NCBI GenBank assembly: GCA_963730935.1
Contig: CAVSTP010000002.1
Location: 160,001-224,000 of the forward strand
Direction: 5' to 3'
Length of the DNA stretch: 64,000 bases
Source of the DNA: an uncultured Nitrospiraceae bacterium
GTDB taxonomy: Bacteria > Nitrospirota > Nitrospiria > Nitrospirales > Nitrospiraceae
Shown: positions 9,237-18,215 of the stretch, one piece after another
Position numbering within the stretch: position 1 is the stretch's first letter
How the letters are laid out: each line of letters begins with the position of its first letter
Notes under the pieces: generated by a model
The model's input: only the letters and a program-made list of their open reading frames with translations
The model's database searches: none
What the model was told of the DNA's origin: nothing
Made by a program: the position numbers and the translations under genes

Positions 9237-11054
9237 ATGACACCGACCACTGCCCACAGTAAACAGGCCGGCGAAACGCAGCTTCAACGGACGCTCACTT
9301 CGGTCCTCAATGATTTGCCGGTGGATTCGGCGCTGGCCGCCATCTTTCACCGCGAAAACGGTCCACTCGTGGGTCATGCCGCCCGAGGCTTCGCGCCGCG
9401 TGATGTCCAAGCCATCTTGCGCACGCTGTCCGCGCCGTCGATCGCTGCAGCAGGCACGCAGGACCAAGACGGAACCCGTACAATGCGGTTACGGATGGTC
9501 ACTCCGGGGGCCAAATCCCTGCTCGGTGTCCCTCTCAAGTACCGCAACCGGATGTACGGCTTTCTCGTCATTGGACGCAAGGAAAGCGCCGCCTTTACGA
9601 AAAAAGAACGCGGCCTGATGGACCAGGCCAGCGACGACCTAACGAAAGCATTGGACCGGGACAAGCTCTTCGACATGAATGTCGTGCTGAGCCGTCCCCT
9701 CGTCAACCAGGAACCGCCTACGGCTGGCCCTGCCGCCCCCGCCATCTACAGCCCACCCGTTTCCCAGGTGACTCCGCAGCTTCAAGAACAGATCACGGCG
9801 GTCCTGACCGATGCGGCCCAGACGGTATCCTATGATCGGGCTTGGGTGTGCCACTATGACCCGATCGCCGGCAGCGTTGAGGTGCTGGGGATGGCCGGCG
9901 ACCTGAAAGGCGACCACAAAGACGGGAAGAAGGACACGCGGCCCGGGCATCGCCTGGCGTTGGACAGTTCGGCAGCGGGCTGGGCGATTCGTCATCGAAA
10001 GCCCCGCGTCGATCACGATCTCGCGTCGACGCAGGGCCGATTCTTGGATCATAAGCAGCTCTTTAAAGACCGGTTCCAGTCTTCGTTGGTCTTTCCGTTT
10101 TTCGTCAGAGGGCAGGTCGGCGGCACCGTGACGCTGGCGTCTCGCGAAGCGGGCCGGTACCAGCCCACGGATGCTCGCACGCTTGAGCCGCTCATTCTCA
10201 AACTTGCCGATCTGCTCCAGGCTCCGTCGCAGGCGCCGGCTGCTCCTGCTCCGGCGGCCGATGACTCCGGGGAGTCCCCGGCTCCTGACCAACCGCCCTC
10301 CGTGCCCTTGGAGCCGATGATTCGCAAGCAGGAGCGACAGGCGGCCATCGGAGAATTCAGCGCCTTTCTCGCCACTGAAGTGCGCGAGCCGTTGGGTTCG
10401 ATCCGCGCACAACTGGAGGAAGTGACGGGAGAGGGCGTCCTGGACTTCGACCCCCAAACACGCGTGGAAAACGCCATGCGCGATCTGATCCGCGTGGAGG
10501 CGATCCTCAACGAAATCCTGGATTTCGCCAAGCCGCTCGAACTGAATCGACGCCTGGTCCGTGTCCCCGAGGTGATCGAAAGCGCGCTCACGGTCGTGGC
10601 CACGGATCTCGAGGTCACGAGAATCCATGTGGCAAAAGAGTATGCCCCCATCCTCGCCCCGGTGCGGGGAGATGAGGCGAAGCTGCAACAAGTCTTTCTC
10701 AGTATCTTCAAGAATGCTTGCGAAGCGATGACGCCGGGCGGACAGCTCACGATCCACGTGAGTCAACATCGGGCGGGGCGAGGCTTCGAGGATCAGATCC
10801 TGATCAAGAACGACGGGGCGCCGATTCCGCCGGAAATCGTGGACAACGTCTTTGAACCGTTTTTCACTACGAAGAAGGCGGGATCAGGCCTAGGCCTCGC
10901 CACGGTGAAGAAAATCGTCGAGGAACACGGCGGCTCGATCACGATCGGCAGCGCCCCCGGAGAAGGCACGACGGTCACCATCCGCCTGCCCGGGGTGAGC
11001 CGTGGCCCTGCATTCCGTCACCGCGGTCGCAGCCGCCGCCCTCATCGTCGTTAA
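9237..11054 (+). CDS. dual-GAF sensor histidine-kinase-like protein lacking the phosphoacceptor His
   Basis: two GAF-like domains; H-box reads LATEVREPL; N, F and G2 boxes present. Confidence 0.8.
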   Translation: MTPTTAHSKQAGETQLQRTLTSVLNDLPVDSALAAIFHRENGPLVGHAARGFAPRDVQAILRTLSAPSIAAAGTQDQDGTRTMRLRMVTPGAKSLLGVPLKYRNRMYGFLVIGRKESAAFTKKERGLMDQASDDLTKALDRDKLFDMNVVLSRPLVNQEPPTAGPAAPAIYSPPVSQVTPQLQEQITAVLTDAAQTVSYDRAWVCHYDPIAGSVEVLGMAGDLKGDHKDGKKDTRPGHRLALDSSAAGWAIRHRKPRVDHDLASTQGRFLDHKQLFKDRFQSSLVFPFFVRGQVGGTVTLASREAGRYQPTDARTLEPLILKLADLLQAPSQAPAAPAPAADDSGESPAPDQPPSVPLEPMIRKQERQAAIGEFSAFLATEVREPLGSIRAQLEEVTGEGVLDFDPQTRVENAMRDLIRVEAILNEILDFAKPLELNRRLVRVPEVIESALTVVATDLEVTRIHVAKEYAPILAPVRGDEAKLQQVFLSIFKNACEAMTPGGQLTIHVSQHRAGRGFEDQILIKNDGAPIPPEIVDNVFEPFFTTKKAGSGLGLATVKKIVEEHGGSITIGSAPGEGTTVTIRLPGVSRGPAFRHRGRSRRPHRR

Positions 11055-11178
11055 AGAATCCGGTTGCGCATCGTGCGATCCTCAAAGCAACAAGCCACTT
11101 GCATAGGGCAAAGTGGTTACCGGCAAGGCCGCAGAGGGCGAAGATTCGACAACCATTTTCAGCGGCGTTTTTCCCTGC

Positions 11179-11208
11179 TTGACAGCCCTCCCCCCCTCTG
11201 GCTATGAT
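11179..11208 (+). promoter_or_regulatory. sigma70-type promoter
   Basis: TTGACA-N18-TATGAT. Confidence 0.5.
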
Positions 11209-11287
11209 CCCGCCCACTTGATTCGCTGGTGATATCGGAACGCAACTTACGGCAATCTTCAGCCACCATTATTCAAAGGAGATGGGT

Positions 11288-11656
11288 ATGAAGCTCTTAT
11301 TTGGCATTGTTGCGATGGTTTCCGGTGTCTTGTTTGCGGTTTCCATGGCGTCGGCCAACCCAGCGCTGCTGCCCAAGCACGAGGGCTATCCGATGAAGAA
11401 CAGCGGTAGCCCGGTGAACGGACAGCCCACGGCGAACGATCCCGGCCAGTCGGATGCCCGCGGTCAATCCACACTGTCAAAGTCCGCTGGCTTTGACGAT
11501 GCTCACGTCAGCCAGAATCTCAAGAAAATGGACAATGACAGGGTTACGGCGAGCGAAGGAGCCGGTCGGCTTCCGAAGGTGCAGGGCCCGCAGATCCAGA
11601 TAGCTCCGCCCGTCACCTCCGCGACCAAGATCACGGGCGATCGCAAGATCGAGTAG
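11288..11656 (+). CDS. exported hypothetical protein
   Basis: signal peptide (ASA|N); AAGGAG RBS; followed by terminator. Confidence 0.7.
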   Translation: MKLLFGIVAMVSGVLFAVSMASANPALLPKHEGYPMKNSGSPVNGQPTANDPGQSDARGQSTLSKSAGFDDAHVSQNLKKMDNDRVTASEGAGRLPKVQGPQIQIAPPVTSATKITGDRKIE

Positions 11657-11673
11657 TCTCTTCATCGAAGCGC

Positions 11674-11717
11674 AAAAAAGGGGAGCGGTCCTCACGGGTC
11701 GCTCCCTTTTTATTTTT
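11674..11717. terminator. bidirectional intrinsic terminator
   Basis: A-tract, GGGAGCG...CGCTCCC stem, T-tract between convergent genes. Confidence 0.8.
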
Positions 11718-11763
11718 GTGCTCGATGCGATATTCGCGATCGGGCGACCTGACCACGGGCCGT

Positions 11764-12312
11764 TTACCAATCGGTGACTCTGAACCGATACGGTTTGCCG
11801 GCCCACTTCCCTGCATAGCTGACGCCGATCCGTGGAAATGCACCGATCTTTCCCCGCGGAATCTTCGTTCCCCGGTCTTCGAACCATAGATGCCGACGGG
11901 CCGTCATGTCGATGCAGTTCAACGAACGGTCGATTGAAAAGGCGCGGCATAGCCGCCCTGGCCCGTCAATCAACTGTCCCTCGACCTCCACGGCTCTGAT
12001 CAACACCGCAGCAGGAAATTCGGTTTCCTCCGTCACGACGTTCAAGCAGTAATACATGCCATAAATCATGTAGACGTAGGAGATGCCTGGGGGCCCGAAC
12101 AGAACCTGGGTCCTCAGCGTCCGTCCTTTGGAGGCATGGCATGCCAAATCATGGGGGCCGACGTACGCTTCCACCTCGACAATTCTCCCCGCCATGGTCC
12201 CGGCGCCCTTTTGCTTCACCAGATATTTGCCCAACAGCGATCGTGCGACCACGAGCGTCGAGCGGTTAAAATAGGGGCGTGGGAGAATCTTTCCCGGCGA
12301 AGTAGTTCCCAT
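11764..12312 (-). CDS. mpg: DNA-3-methyladenine glycosylase (MPG/AAG family)
   Basis: GRIVEVEAY, YVYMIYGMYYCLNVV, AVLIRA, GPGRL, PRIGV. Confidence 0.9.
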   Translation of the reverse strand: MGTTSPGKILPRPYFNRSTLVVARSLLGKYLVKQKGAGTMAGRIVEVEAYVGPHDLACHASKGRTLRTQVLFGPPGISYVYMIYGMYYCLNVVTEETEFPAAVLIRAVEVEGQLIDGPGRLCRAFSIDRSLNCIDMTARRHLWFEDRGTKIPRGKIGAFPRIGVSYAGKWAGKPYRFRVTDW

Positions 12313-12326
12313 GAGTCTCTTAACGA

Positions 12327-12488
12327 GGCTGCTCAAGACGAACTTGATTACACCCGCCCACCCGAGGCGCCGAGTGGCGCCTTTCCTCGAGCAAGGCCGC
12401 AGGGCAACGAAGGCCCGAGGCGTACTTTACCATGTACGTCGAGGGCCTAAGTAACCGAGAACGCAGTTGGAGTTTGTTTTCAGCAGCC
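12327..12488 (-). repeat. palindromic MITE/REP-like intergenic repeat, copy 1 (long variant)
   Basis: ends GGCTGCTGAAAAC / GTCTTGAGCAGCC on minus strand; core CGTTCTC...ACGTAC-Nx-GTACGCCTC...GCGGCCTTGCT shared with 25985 and 53176. Confidence 0.75.
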
Positions 12489-12490
12489 GA

Positions 12491-14545
12491 TTAGAAATAC
12501 CAGGCAAGTCCGCCCATGAAAAACCGCGGGTTGCCAGGCACGAAGTGGATATCGTTGACCCCGGCTGGTTCGTTCTGCAACCGCGACTCAAAGAAGAATG
12601 TCGCCTGCTCCCATTTTGTATCGAAAAGGTTCTGAATGAACAAAAATGCCTCGAGCTTGCCGTGAGAAAGTTTTACGGGAAGCATATACCGTTCAGTGAG
12701 GTCGAAGACGAGCCATGAGGGAGATTTGGCGCTCCGGTCTTCGATCAAAGGACGAACGCCCATATACGTGGCCTGGAGCTGCGAGCGCAAGCCTTCTGGC
12801 CACTGCAAGATCAACGCGCCGTAGGCGGTGAGCTCGGGCGCCAGTGGTATCGCATCGCCGTTGGTGAACTTGGCGTTTGTCCAGGCGACACTGCTGTTCA
12901 CGTACAGCGGCCCCCATACTTGGCCTCGCAGTGCCACTTCCACACCCCTGCGTCTGGTCGGACCTCGTACCTCGGTCGTCCCTTCGTCTCCCACGAAGAC
13001 CAATTCGGACTGGAGATCGATCGCCCATAGGCTTGCGGTCAGCATCAATCCCTCCGGTCCCCACGGCTGGGAACGTAAGCCGACTTCATACGTCTTCGCA
13101 CGGGCGAGCGGCACTCCGCCCGGAGCCACGGCAGAGCGCGCATCGTTGCTGTGGTAGCCTTCGCCATAGTTGGCGAAAAATTCCGTCTTGAACCAGGGAC
13201 CGAGAATGAGATTAACCTTCGGCAACACCAGACCGGATGATGTCTTTCCTACCGGCTGGTCAACACAGGCATCACATCGGTTCGTGACGTTGAATGTAAA
13301 CATTTCGGCTCTGAGCCCGCCCATGAGTCGCAGCCATGGAGCTGGTTGTATTTCGGCTTTCACAAAGGGTGCATAGGAGGCTTCAAGCACATCGCTGTCT
13401 GTCGTGGTGCCGGTCGGGACGCGTTTCGTTTGTGTTCCGAGTCTCGCATGAATATCGTCCACACGGGCTTGGAAACCGATCGTGCCGATACTGGGCATTC
13501 CGAAGACTTCTGCACGCTGCTTGAATCCCAGATCACCAGTGTAGATGCCCCGGCGATCCGATTGCTGAATCCCGTCTCCGTTTACCGGATCATCTAAGAA
13601 AAAGGTGAAGTTCGTGAAGAGATCGAGTCGATAGTACTGTGCATGTGCATTGGCAAAGAACTGTCCCCCCGAAGGGGTATCATAATGATAGTTCAACCGA
13701 ACAGTGCTCCTGAGCGTGTTGCCCCCTTCGGAGGGATCAATCGCTCCGAAGCGGTCGAGGGTGCCATCGGCTACGGCACGCAACGGGATTTCTCCGGACG
13801 CGTTCCATTTTGCCTGTTGAAAGGTCGCTGTGAGGCTTAGTTCATCGCGGATTGAGAGATTCGTTGTCACCTTTCCGAGCAGATTCGCTCGGAAGTAACG
13901 GTTGTCGTTGAGAAAAGGTCCGTTCGTGTAGTACCCCTCTCCGGCGAAGAGCGTACGGATCTTGTCCTTCGTCGGAGAGAACATGAGCAGATAGCGTTGC
14001 GTGTCAAATTGCCCACCGGCCGCTTGGACCAGGCCCTCCTGAACGACCTGACGCGTTCGAAAGTTGATTGCCGCAGCGGTGTTGAAGTCCCCGAACTCTG
14101 GAAGATAGGACCCCTTGTACGCATCAAGCCCTTCGATCGTTTCTGGAATGATGAAGTTGAGATCGGCATAACCCTGGCCATGAGCGTGGGTCCGAAGGTT
14201 GATCGGCATGCCGTCGGTAAAAAAGGCTACGTCGGTCCCGTGGTCGGCATCGAAACCTCGTACAAAATACTGGTCGGCCTTACCGGCCCCGCCGGAATGC
14301 TCAACGGCGATGAAGCCGGGAATCAGCCGCAGCACCTGAGCCGGTCGGCCTTGCGGCTGCAGCAGAATTTCTTTATCTGGAATGAATTGCTGGGATGACG
14401 CCGCGACCGGCCGTTCACCGACGACCGTCACCTCGGGCACTTCCAACTCAGGTGCATCAGGATCGTGCGCCAGAGCGCTGTCTCCGCGGCACTGGGCTGT
14501 GATCACGATCACCAGAACGATGCAAGAGGGAAACAACCTGTTCAT
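12491..14545 (-). CDS. TonB-dependent outer-membrane receptor, putative Ni (chelate) uptake
   Basis: signal peptide, TonB-box-like EVTVVG, plug RGFDADHGTD...HAHGQGY, C-terminal WYF; directly downstream of nikR. Confidence 0.88.
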   Translation of the reverse strand: MNRLFPSCIVLVIVITAQCRGDSALAHDPDAPELEVPEVTVVGERPVAASSQQFIPDKEILLQPQGRPAQVLRLIPGFIAVEHSGGAGKADQYFVRGFDADHGTDVAFFTDGMPINLRTHAHGQGYADLNFIIPETIEGLDAYKGSYLPEFGDFNTAAAINFRTRQVVQEGLVQAAGGQFDTQRYLLMFSPTKDKIRTLFAGEGYYTNGPFLNDNRYFRANLLGKVTTNLSIRDELSLTATFQQAKWNASGEIPLRAVADGTLDRFGAIDPSEGGNTLRSTVRLNYHYDTPSGGQFFANAHAQYYRLDLFTNFTFFLDDPVNGDGIQQSDRRGIYTGDLGFKQRAEVFGMPSIGTIGFQARVDDIHARLGTQTKRVPTGTTTDSDVLEASYAPFVKAEIQPAPWLRLMGGLRAEMFTFNVTNRCDACVDQPVGKTSSGLVLPKVNLILGPWFKTEFFANYGEGYHSNDARSAVAPGGVPLARAKTYEVGLRSQPWGPEGLMLTASLWAIDLQSELVFVGDEGTTEVRGPTRRRGVEVALRGQVWGPLYVNSSVAWTNAKFTNGDAIPLAPELTAYGALILQWPEGLRSQLQATYMGVRPLIEDRSAKSPSWLVFDLTERYMLPVKLSHGKLEAFLFIQNLFDTKWEQATFFFESRLQNEPAGVNDIHFVPGNPRFFMGGLAWYF

Positions 14546-14563
14546 GTTTCATTCGAGAGGAGT

Positions 14564-14980
14564 CTAGCGCAGGGCCTTTCCAGTCGTGGTCATGGTCAAC
14601 TTGCCGTGCTTGACTCCCCTTACGCTGACCAACGCATCGGCAACTTTCTTGATATCCGAGCCGCGACCTTTAACCACTAACACTTCCAAACAATGATCGT
14701 GGTCGAGGTGGACGTGCATGCCGGACAGGATCTTTCCCTGGTAGTCATGCTGGATGTCGGTCAGCTTGGCCGTTAAGTCACGCACATGGTGGTCGTACAC
14801 GAAAGTGATCGTACCAACCGTTTCTTTGTTCTCGTCCCATTCCTGCCCGACCAGATTGTCCCGAATGAGATCCCGCAGCGCTTCGGACCGGTTGGTGTAG
14901 TGCCGCCGCCTGATGTGGCGATCGAATTCCTCGAGCAACCGTTGGTCTAATGAGACCCCAAATCGGACGAGTTGATGCAT
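14564..14980 (-). CDS. nikR: nickel-responsive transcriptional regulator
   Basis: RHH domain (RFGVS...NRSEALRDLIR); QHD and HVHLDHDHCLE Ni site. Confidence 0.95.
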   Translation of the reverse strand: MHQLVRFGVSLDQRLLEEFDRHIRRRHYTNRSEALRDLIRDNLVGQEWDENKETVGTITFVYDHHVRDLTAKLTDIQHDYQGKILSGMHVHLDHDHCLEVLVVKGRGSDIKKVADALVSVRGVKHGKLTMTTTGKALR

Positions 14981-14995
14981 GACAACCTCCTCCGC

Positions 14996-15022
14996 GTGGC
15001 ACGAATTTAATATTCATAGCAC
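14996..15022. promoter_or_regulatory. putative NikR operator overlapping the nikR promoter
   Basis: minus strand GTGCTA-N15-TGCCAC pseudo-palindrome with AT-rich core; overlaps TTGTAT-N17-TATTAA. Confidence 0.6.
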
Positions 15023-15251
15023 TGTAAAAATACAAGCGCAACCCGCACTCATTGTCTATGAGTCCTTTACGGCAAGTCAGCTCTGATCAGATTTGTCTCG
15101 ATGGGAGAAGGTCGCATCCCTTCAACAATCACCACCGATACAGAGTCCATCCAGAACAATACGAAAAAGGGAGGCGATCGGATTTCGCTGTTGGGCTGTT
15201 TTTCCCTTCTATTCGAAACCAGAACTATGCGTCGCCACAAAACACAACAAA

Positions 15252-15276
15252 GATCCAAACCCGAACATCCTTCGTA
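15252..15276 (+). promoter_or_regulatory. candidate ECF-sigma promoter for the DUF4331 operon
   Basis: GATCC-N16-CGTA. Confidence 0.35.
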
Positions 15277-15356
15277 GTGGATGACAAGCCGGCCGATGAG
15301 CTGATGACACAGCGCATCGACTGAACATCCGCCATCTCATTCAACAGGAGGAAACT

Positions 15357-15416
15357 ATGACGACCAAAATGGCCTCAGATGAAAGGACCGAATTATCGTT
15401 AAGGAGGTGTGTATGA
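15357..15416 (+). CDS. 19-aa upstream mini-ORF MTTKMASDERTELSLRRCV
   Basis: AGGAGG RBS; stop overlaps the next start (ATGA). Confidence 0.35.
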   Translation: MTTKMASDERTELSLRRCV

Positions 15417-15634
15417 AATCGTCAGAATCTCGAGCGTTAAGTCTCGCGTTCACCATCGGTCTCTTGGCAGGCTGCAGCGGAAGCGACAACCCGCCTGTCG
15501 TAATGAGTGGACCAGCCGCCGCAGCGACAGATGATACGCGGGTCCCGCAATCAGACAACCTGACGGCAGCAGAAATGGCTCAGGTCAACCAAGCCAATGC
15601 GGAGCCGGTTCCACCACCGAAATCGGATCTCTAA
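15413..15634 (+). CDS. small lipoprotein
   Basis: AAGGAGGT RBS, lipobox LAGC, C-terminal AEP. Confidence 0.7.
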   Translation: MKSSESRALSLAFTIGLLAGCSGSDNPPVVMSGPAAAATDDTRVPQSDNLTAAEMAQVNQANAEPVPPPKSDL

Positions 15635-15675
15635 TCAAACCCTGTCTCTATGGGGCATATGAGAAGGAGGAGGCT

Positions 15676-17148
15676 ATGTTTGCCAACACTCGGCCGCTCA
15701 TCATGACGATCCTGACACTGCTGATCGGCGCGCCGGTCTTTGCTGCCAGCCACCGTGAAGCGCCGTTGATCGCGAACGATCCGGCGGCGGATATCACCGA
15801 TTTCTATGTGTTCCGCAGTTGGCAAGATTCCGCCAAGGCAATTCTGATCATGAATGTGATCCCTGGACAAGAGCCGGGGTCCGGTCCTAACTACTTCAAC
15901 TTCGCCGACGACGTCCTGTACGAGATCCACATCGACAACAATAAGAACAACATCGCCGCAAACATCACGTACCAGATCCGATTTAAGACCGAGCTCAGAC
16001 CTCCGGCCGATGTCTTCCCTCTCTCCTATGTGGCGCTCCCTCCGATCACCAACCTGAGCGGAGCCGGCTCGGAGGGATTGCTTCTCCGCCAAAGCTACAC
16101 GGTGACAGAGGTGCGTTACGGCGAGCACCCCAGAGACCTAGGGACAGGCACGATGTACGCGGTGCCGTCGAACGTCGGCCCGCGAACGACGCCGAATTAT
16201 GAACAACTCGCTTCCAAGGGCATCTTCCCCTTGAAGAACGGGGGCCGCGTCTTTGCCGGACAGCGGGACGAGACGTTCTACATCGATCTCGGTGGGACCT
16301 TCGACACACTGAATCTCCACGTCTCGCCAATCCTCTCGGCAGCCGACGACGCGAACGACGCCTTGGTGCTCGGCGCTGCGCGCGACACTTTCAGCGGCTT
16401 CAATGTGAACACGATCGCATTGGAAATCCCGATCAGCGATCTGACAGGTCCGAACGGGAACAAAGTAATCGGCGCCTATGCGACGACCAGTCGGCCGAAG
16501 GTGACGGTCCTGAAAAAGAACAGCGACCGAGAGAACAGCGCCCGTTTAGTACAGGTCGCGCGAATGGGCAATCCGTTGGTGAACGAACTAATTATCCCCA
16601 CGAACATGAAGGACAAATGGAATACAACCGATGCGGAGGACGAGGGGGACTTCGTCTCGTTTTATTGCAACTCGGCGCTCGCAACCGCGTTGAACGCGGT
16701 GTTCGGAACAGCCTTTCCGACCAGCAATCGGGAGGACCTCGTCAACGCATTGCTTCGTTATAGCCCGGGGGCACCGCTCTGCGGCGGAGGCAAGACGAGC
16801 GAAACGTTGTCTGATCTCCTGCGCGTGGATTTAGGCGTCCCTCCCACAGCGGCGGACAATCAGCGGAGACTCGGTCCCCTGGCCCACGATCCGTCAGGCA
16901 ACCCCACTCCGGACAGAGCGGGATGGCCGAACGGCCGGCGCCCGAATGACGACGTCACCGATGTGGCCTTACGGGTTGTGGCCGGCATCCTCAAGAATTC
17001 AGCTGTTCCTAATTTAGGAGATGGTGTGAATTTCAACGTGGGATCGGTTGGCGGCAGCAAGACCGCTAATGGAATCGCGACGGCTTTTCCGTTTCTCCCG
17101 ACACCGTTCGATGGACGAGATCGTCGCCATATCGATCCAGGAGAGTAG
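15676..17148 (+). CDS. DUF4331 family exported protein
   Basis: signal peptide then ASHREAP, DITDFYVF, RMGNPLVNEL, GWPNGRRPxDD. Confidence 0.88.
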   Translation: MFANTRPLIMTILTLLIGAPVFAASHREAPLIANDPAADITDFYVFRSWQDSAKAILIMNVIPGQEPGSGPNYFNFADDVLYEIHIDNNKNNIAANITYQIRFKTELRPPADVFPLSYVALPPITNLSGAGSEGLLLRQSYTVTEVRYGEHPRDLGTGTMYAVPSNVGPRTTPNYEQLASKGIFPLKNGGRVFAGQRDETFYIDLGGTFDTLNLHVSPILSAADDANDALVLGAARDTFSGFNVNTIALEIPISDLTGPNGNKVIGAYATTSRPKVTVLKKNSDRENSARLVQVARMGNPLVNELIIPTNMKDKWNTTDAEDEGDFVSFYCNSALATALNAVFGTAFPTSNREDLVNALLRYSPGAPLCGGGKTSETLSDLLRVDLGVPPTAADNQRRLGPLAHDPSGNPTPDRAGWPNGRRPNDDVTDVALRVVAGILKNSAVPNLGDGVNFNVGSVGGSKTANGIATAFPFLPTPFDGRDRRHIDPGE

Positions 17149-17166
17149 CTCACTCGGCTGATCACT

Positions 17167-17204
17167 GGGATGAGTGTGTCCGGTTTCCCGGACACACTCA
17201 TCCC
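17167..17204. repeat. perfect 17-bp intra-operonic hairpin
   Basis: GGGATGAGTGTGTCCGG-tttc-CCGGACACACTCATCCC; no U-tract. Confidence 0.85.
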
Positions 17205-17252
17205 GTGGGAAAAGTGCCTCGAGGCATTCAGACCCGAATCAAGAGAGGGCAC

Positions 17253-18206
17253 ATGTGGGTTCGAGTCGCTCAAGGAGACCAGATCGGAGGCTGGAGCGTC
17301 TCGCTCGTTCTCCATCTGACTCTGTTGAGTGTGATCTGGCCGGCACTCCAACAACTTCCGGCGCCGGTCTTGACGGAGCCCTTTCGCTGGAATGTGACCC
17401 TCGTTCAGTCCCAGCAACCGAGCGCAGCAGTCATGTCGTCGGGCGAAGCGTCTCTCCCCCATCAAGACTTACATGCTGTCGATGCGGCGACACAGAAGCC
17501 GGCACCGCCAAGACCGCCTCGTCCCTCCCTCGATCGATCACCAAGCAACGAAAATCGCATCACGGCTCACCCCGGCGCTGCGACGAGATCGGCGACAGTC
17601 ACAGTCCCGGCGCAAACCTCGCCTAACGTACCGGATGCCGCACCACCGACGTCTTCTATGACCGATCCACTGCCTGCGTCCCAAGAGTCTCCCCCCATAC
17701 CACACGAGAAGGCCGGTCAAATACAAAGGCTTGTTGCCACAGCACCAGTCCAGGCGGGGCCCACATCGACCGCATTGCCGCGAGAAGTGGAAACCCTGTC
17801 GCCACCTGCACCAGCCAGGATCGAGACTCCCGCAGTGATGCACGAGCCTTCTGCCCCATCGCCGGAACCCCCCGCTCCTGTTCCGTCGACAGCTTCCAGT
17901 GAGTTCTCTGGCCCTCGAGCGGATTACAGTTGGTTGCAACGGGCGGTGTCTCGCCGACTGGACGAACTGAAACGGTTCTCGCGACCATGGCTCGGGGACT
18001 CGACAAAGCTCAAGGTCCTGGTGAAGGCCGTCATTTCTAATTCTGGTGAACTGATGAAGATCGAAGTCGTCAAGAGTTCTGGATTGACACGGATCGATCA
18101 AGAGGCTTTGGCGCTGGTGCAGCGAGCCTTTCCCGTCTCGATGGACGAAGTCATCGACCGTCCCCAAATCGTAATGCGTATCCCGATCACCTATTCGCGT
18201 GATTGA
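17253..18206 (+). CDS. TonB family energy transducer (divergent C-terminal domain)
   Basis: TM SLVLH, Pro-rich linker, KSSG..ID..A motif; YP motif absent. Confidence 0.75.
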   Translation: MWVRVAQGDQIGGWSVSLVLHLTLLSVIWPALQQLPAPVLTEPFRWNVTLVQSQQPSAAVMSSGEASLPHQDLHAVDAATQKPAPPRPPRPSLDRSPSNENRITAHPGAATRSATVTVPAQTSPNVPDAAPPTSSMTDPLPASQESPPIPHEKAGQIQRLVATAPVQAGPTSTALPREVETLSPPAPARIETPAVMHEPSAPSPEPPAPVPSTASSEFSGPRADYSWLQRAVSRRLDELKRFSRPWLGDSTKLKVLVKAVISNSGELMKIEVVKSSGLTRIDQEALALVQRAFPVSMDEVIDRPQIVMRIPITYSRD

Positions 18207-18215
18207 AGGAGCACG

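Noticed and set aside
15279..15330. NiCo riboswitch or hammerhead (CTGATGA) upstream of the DUF4331 operon
   Set aside because: It lacks the four-way junction and conserved nucleotides of NiCo and the GAAA/stem arrangement of a hammerhead.
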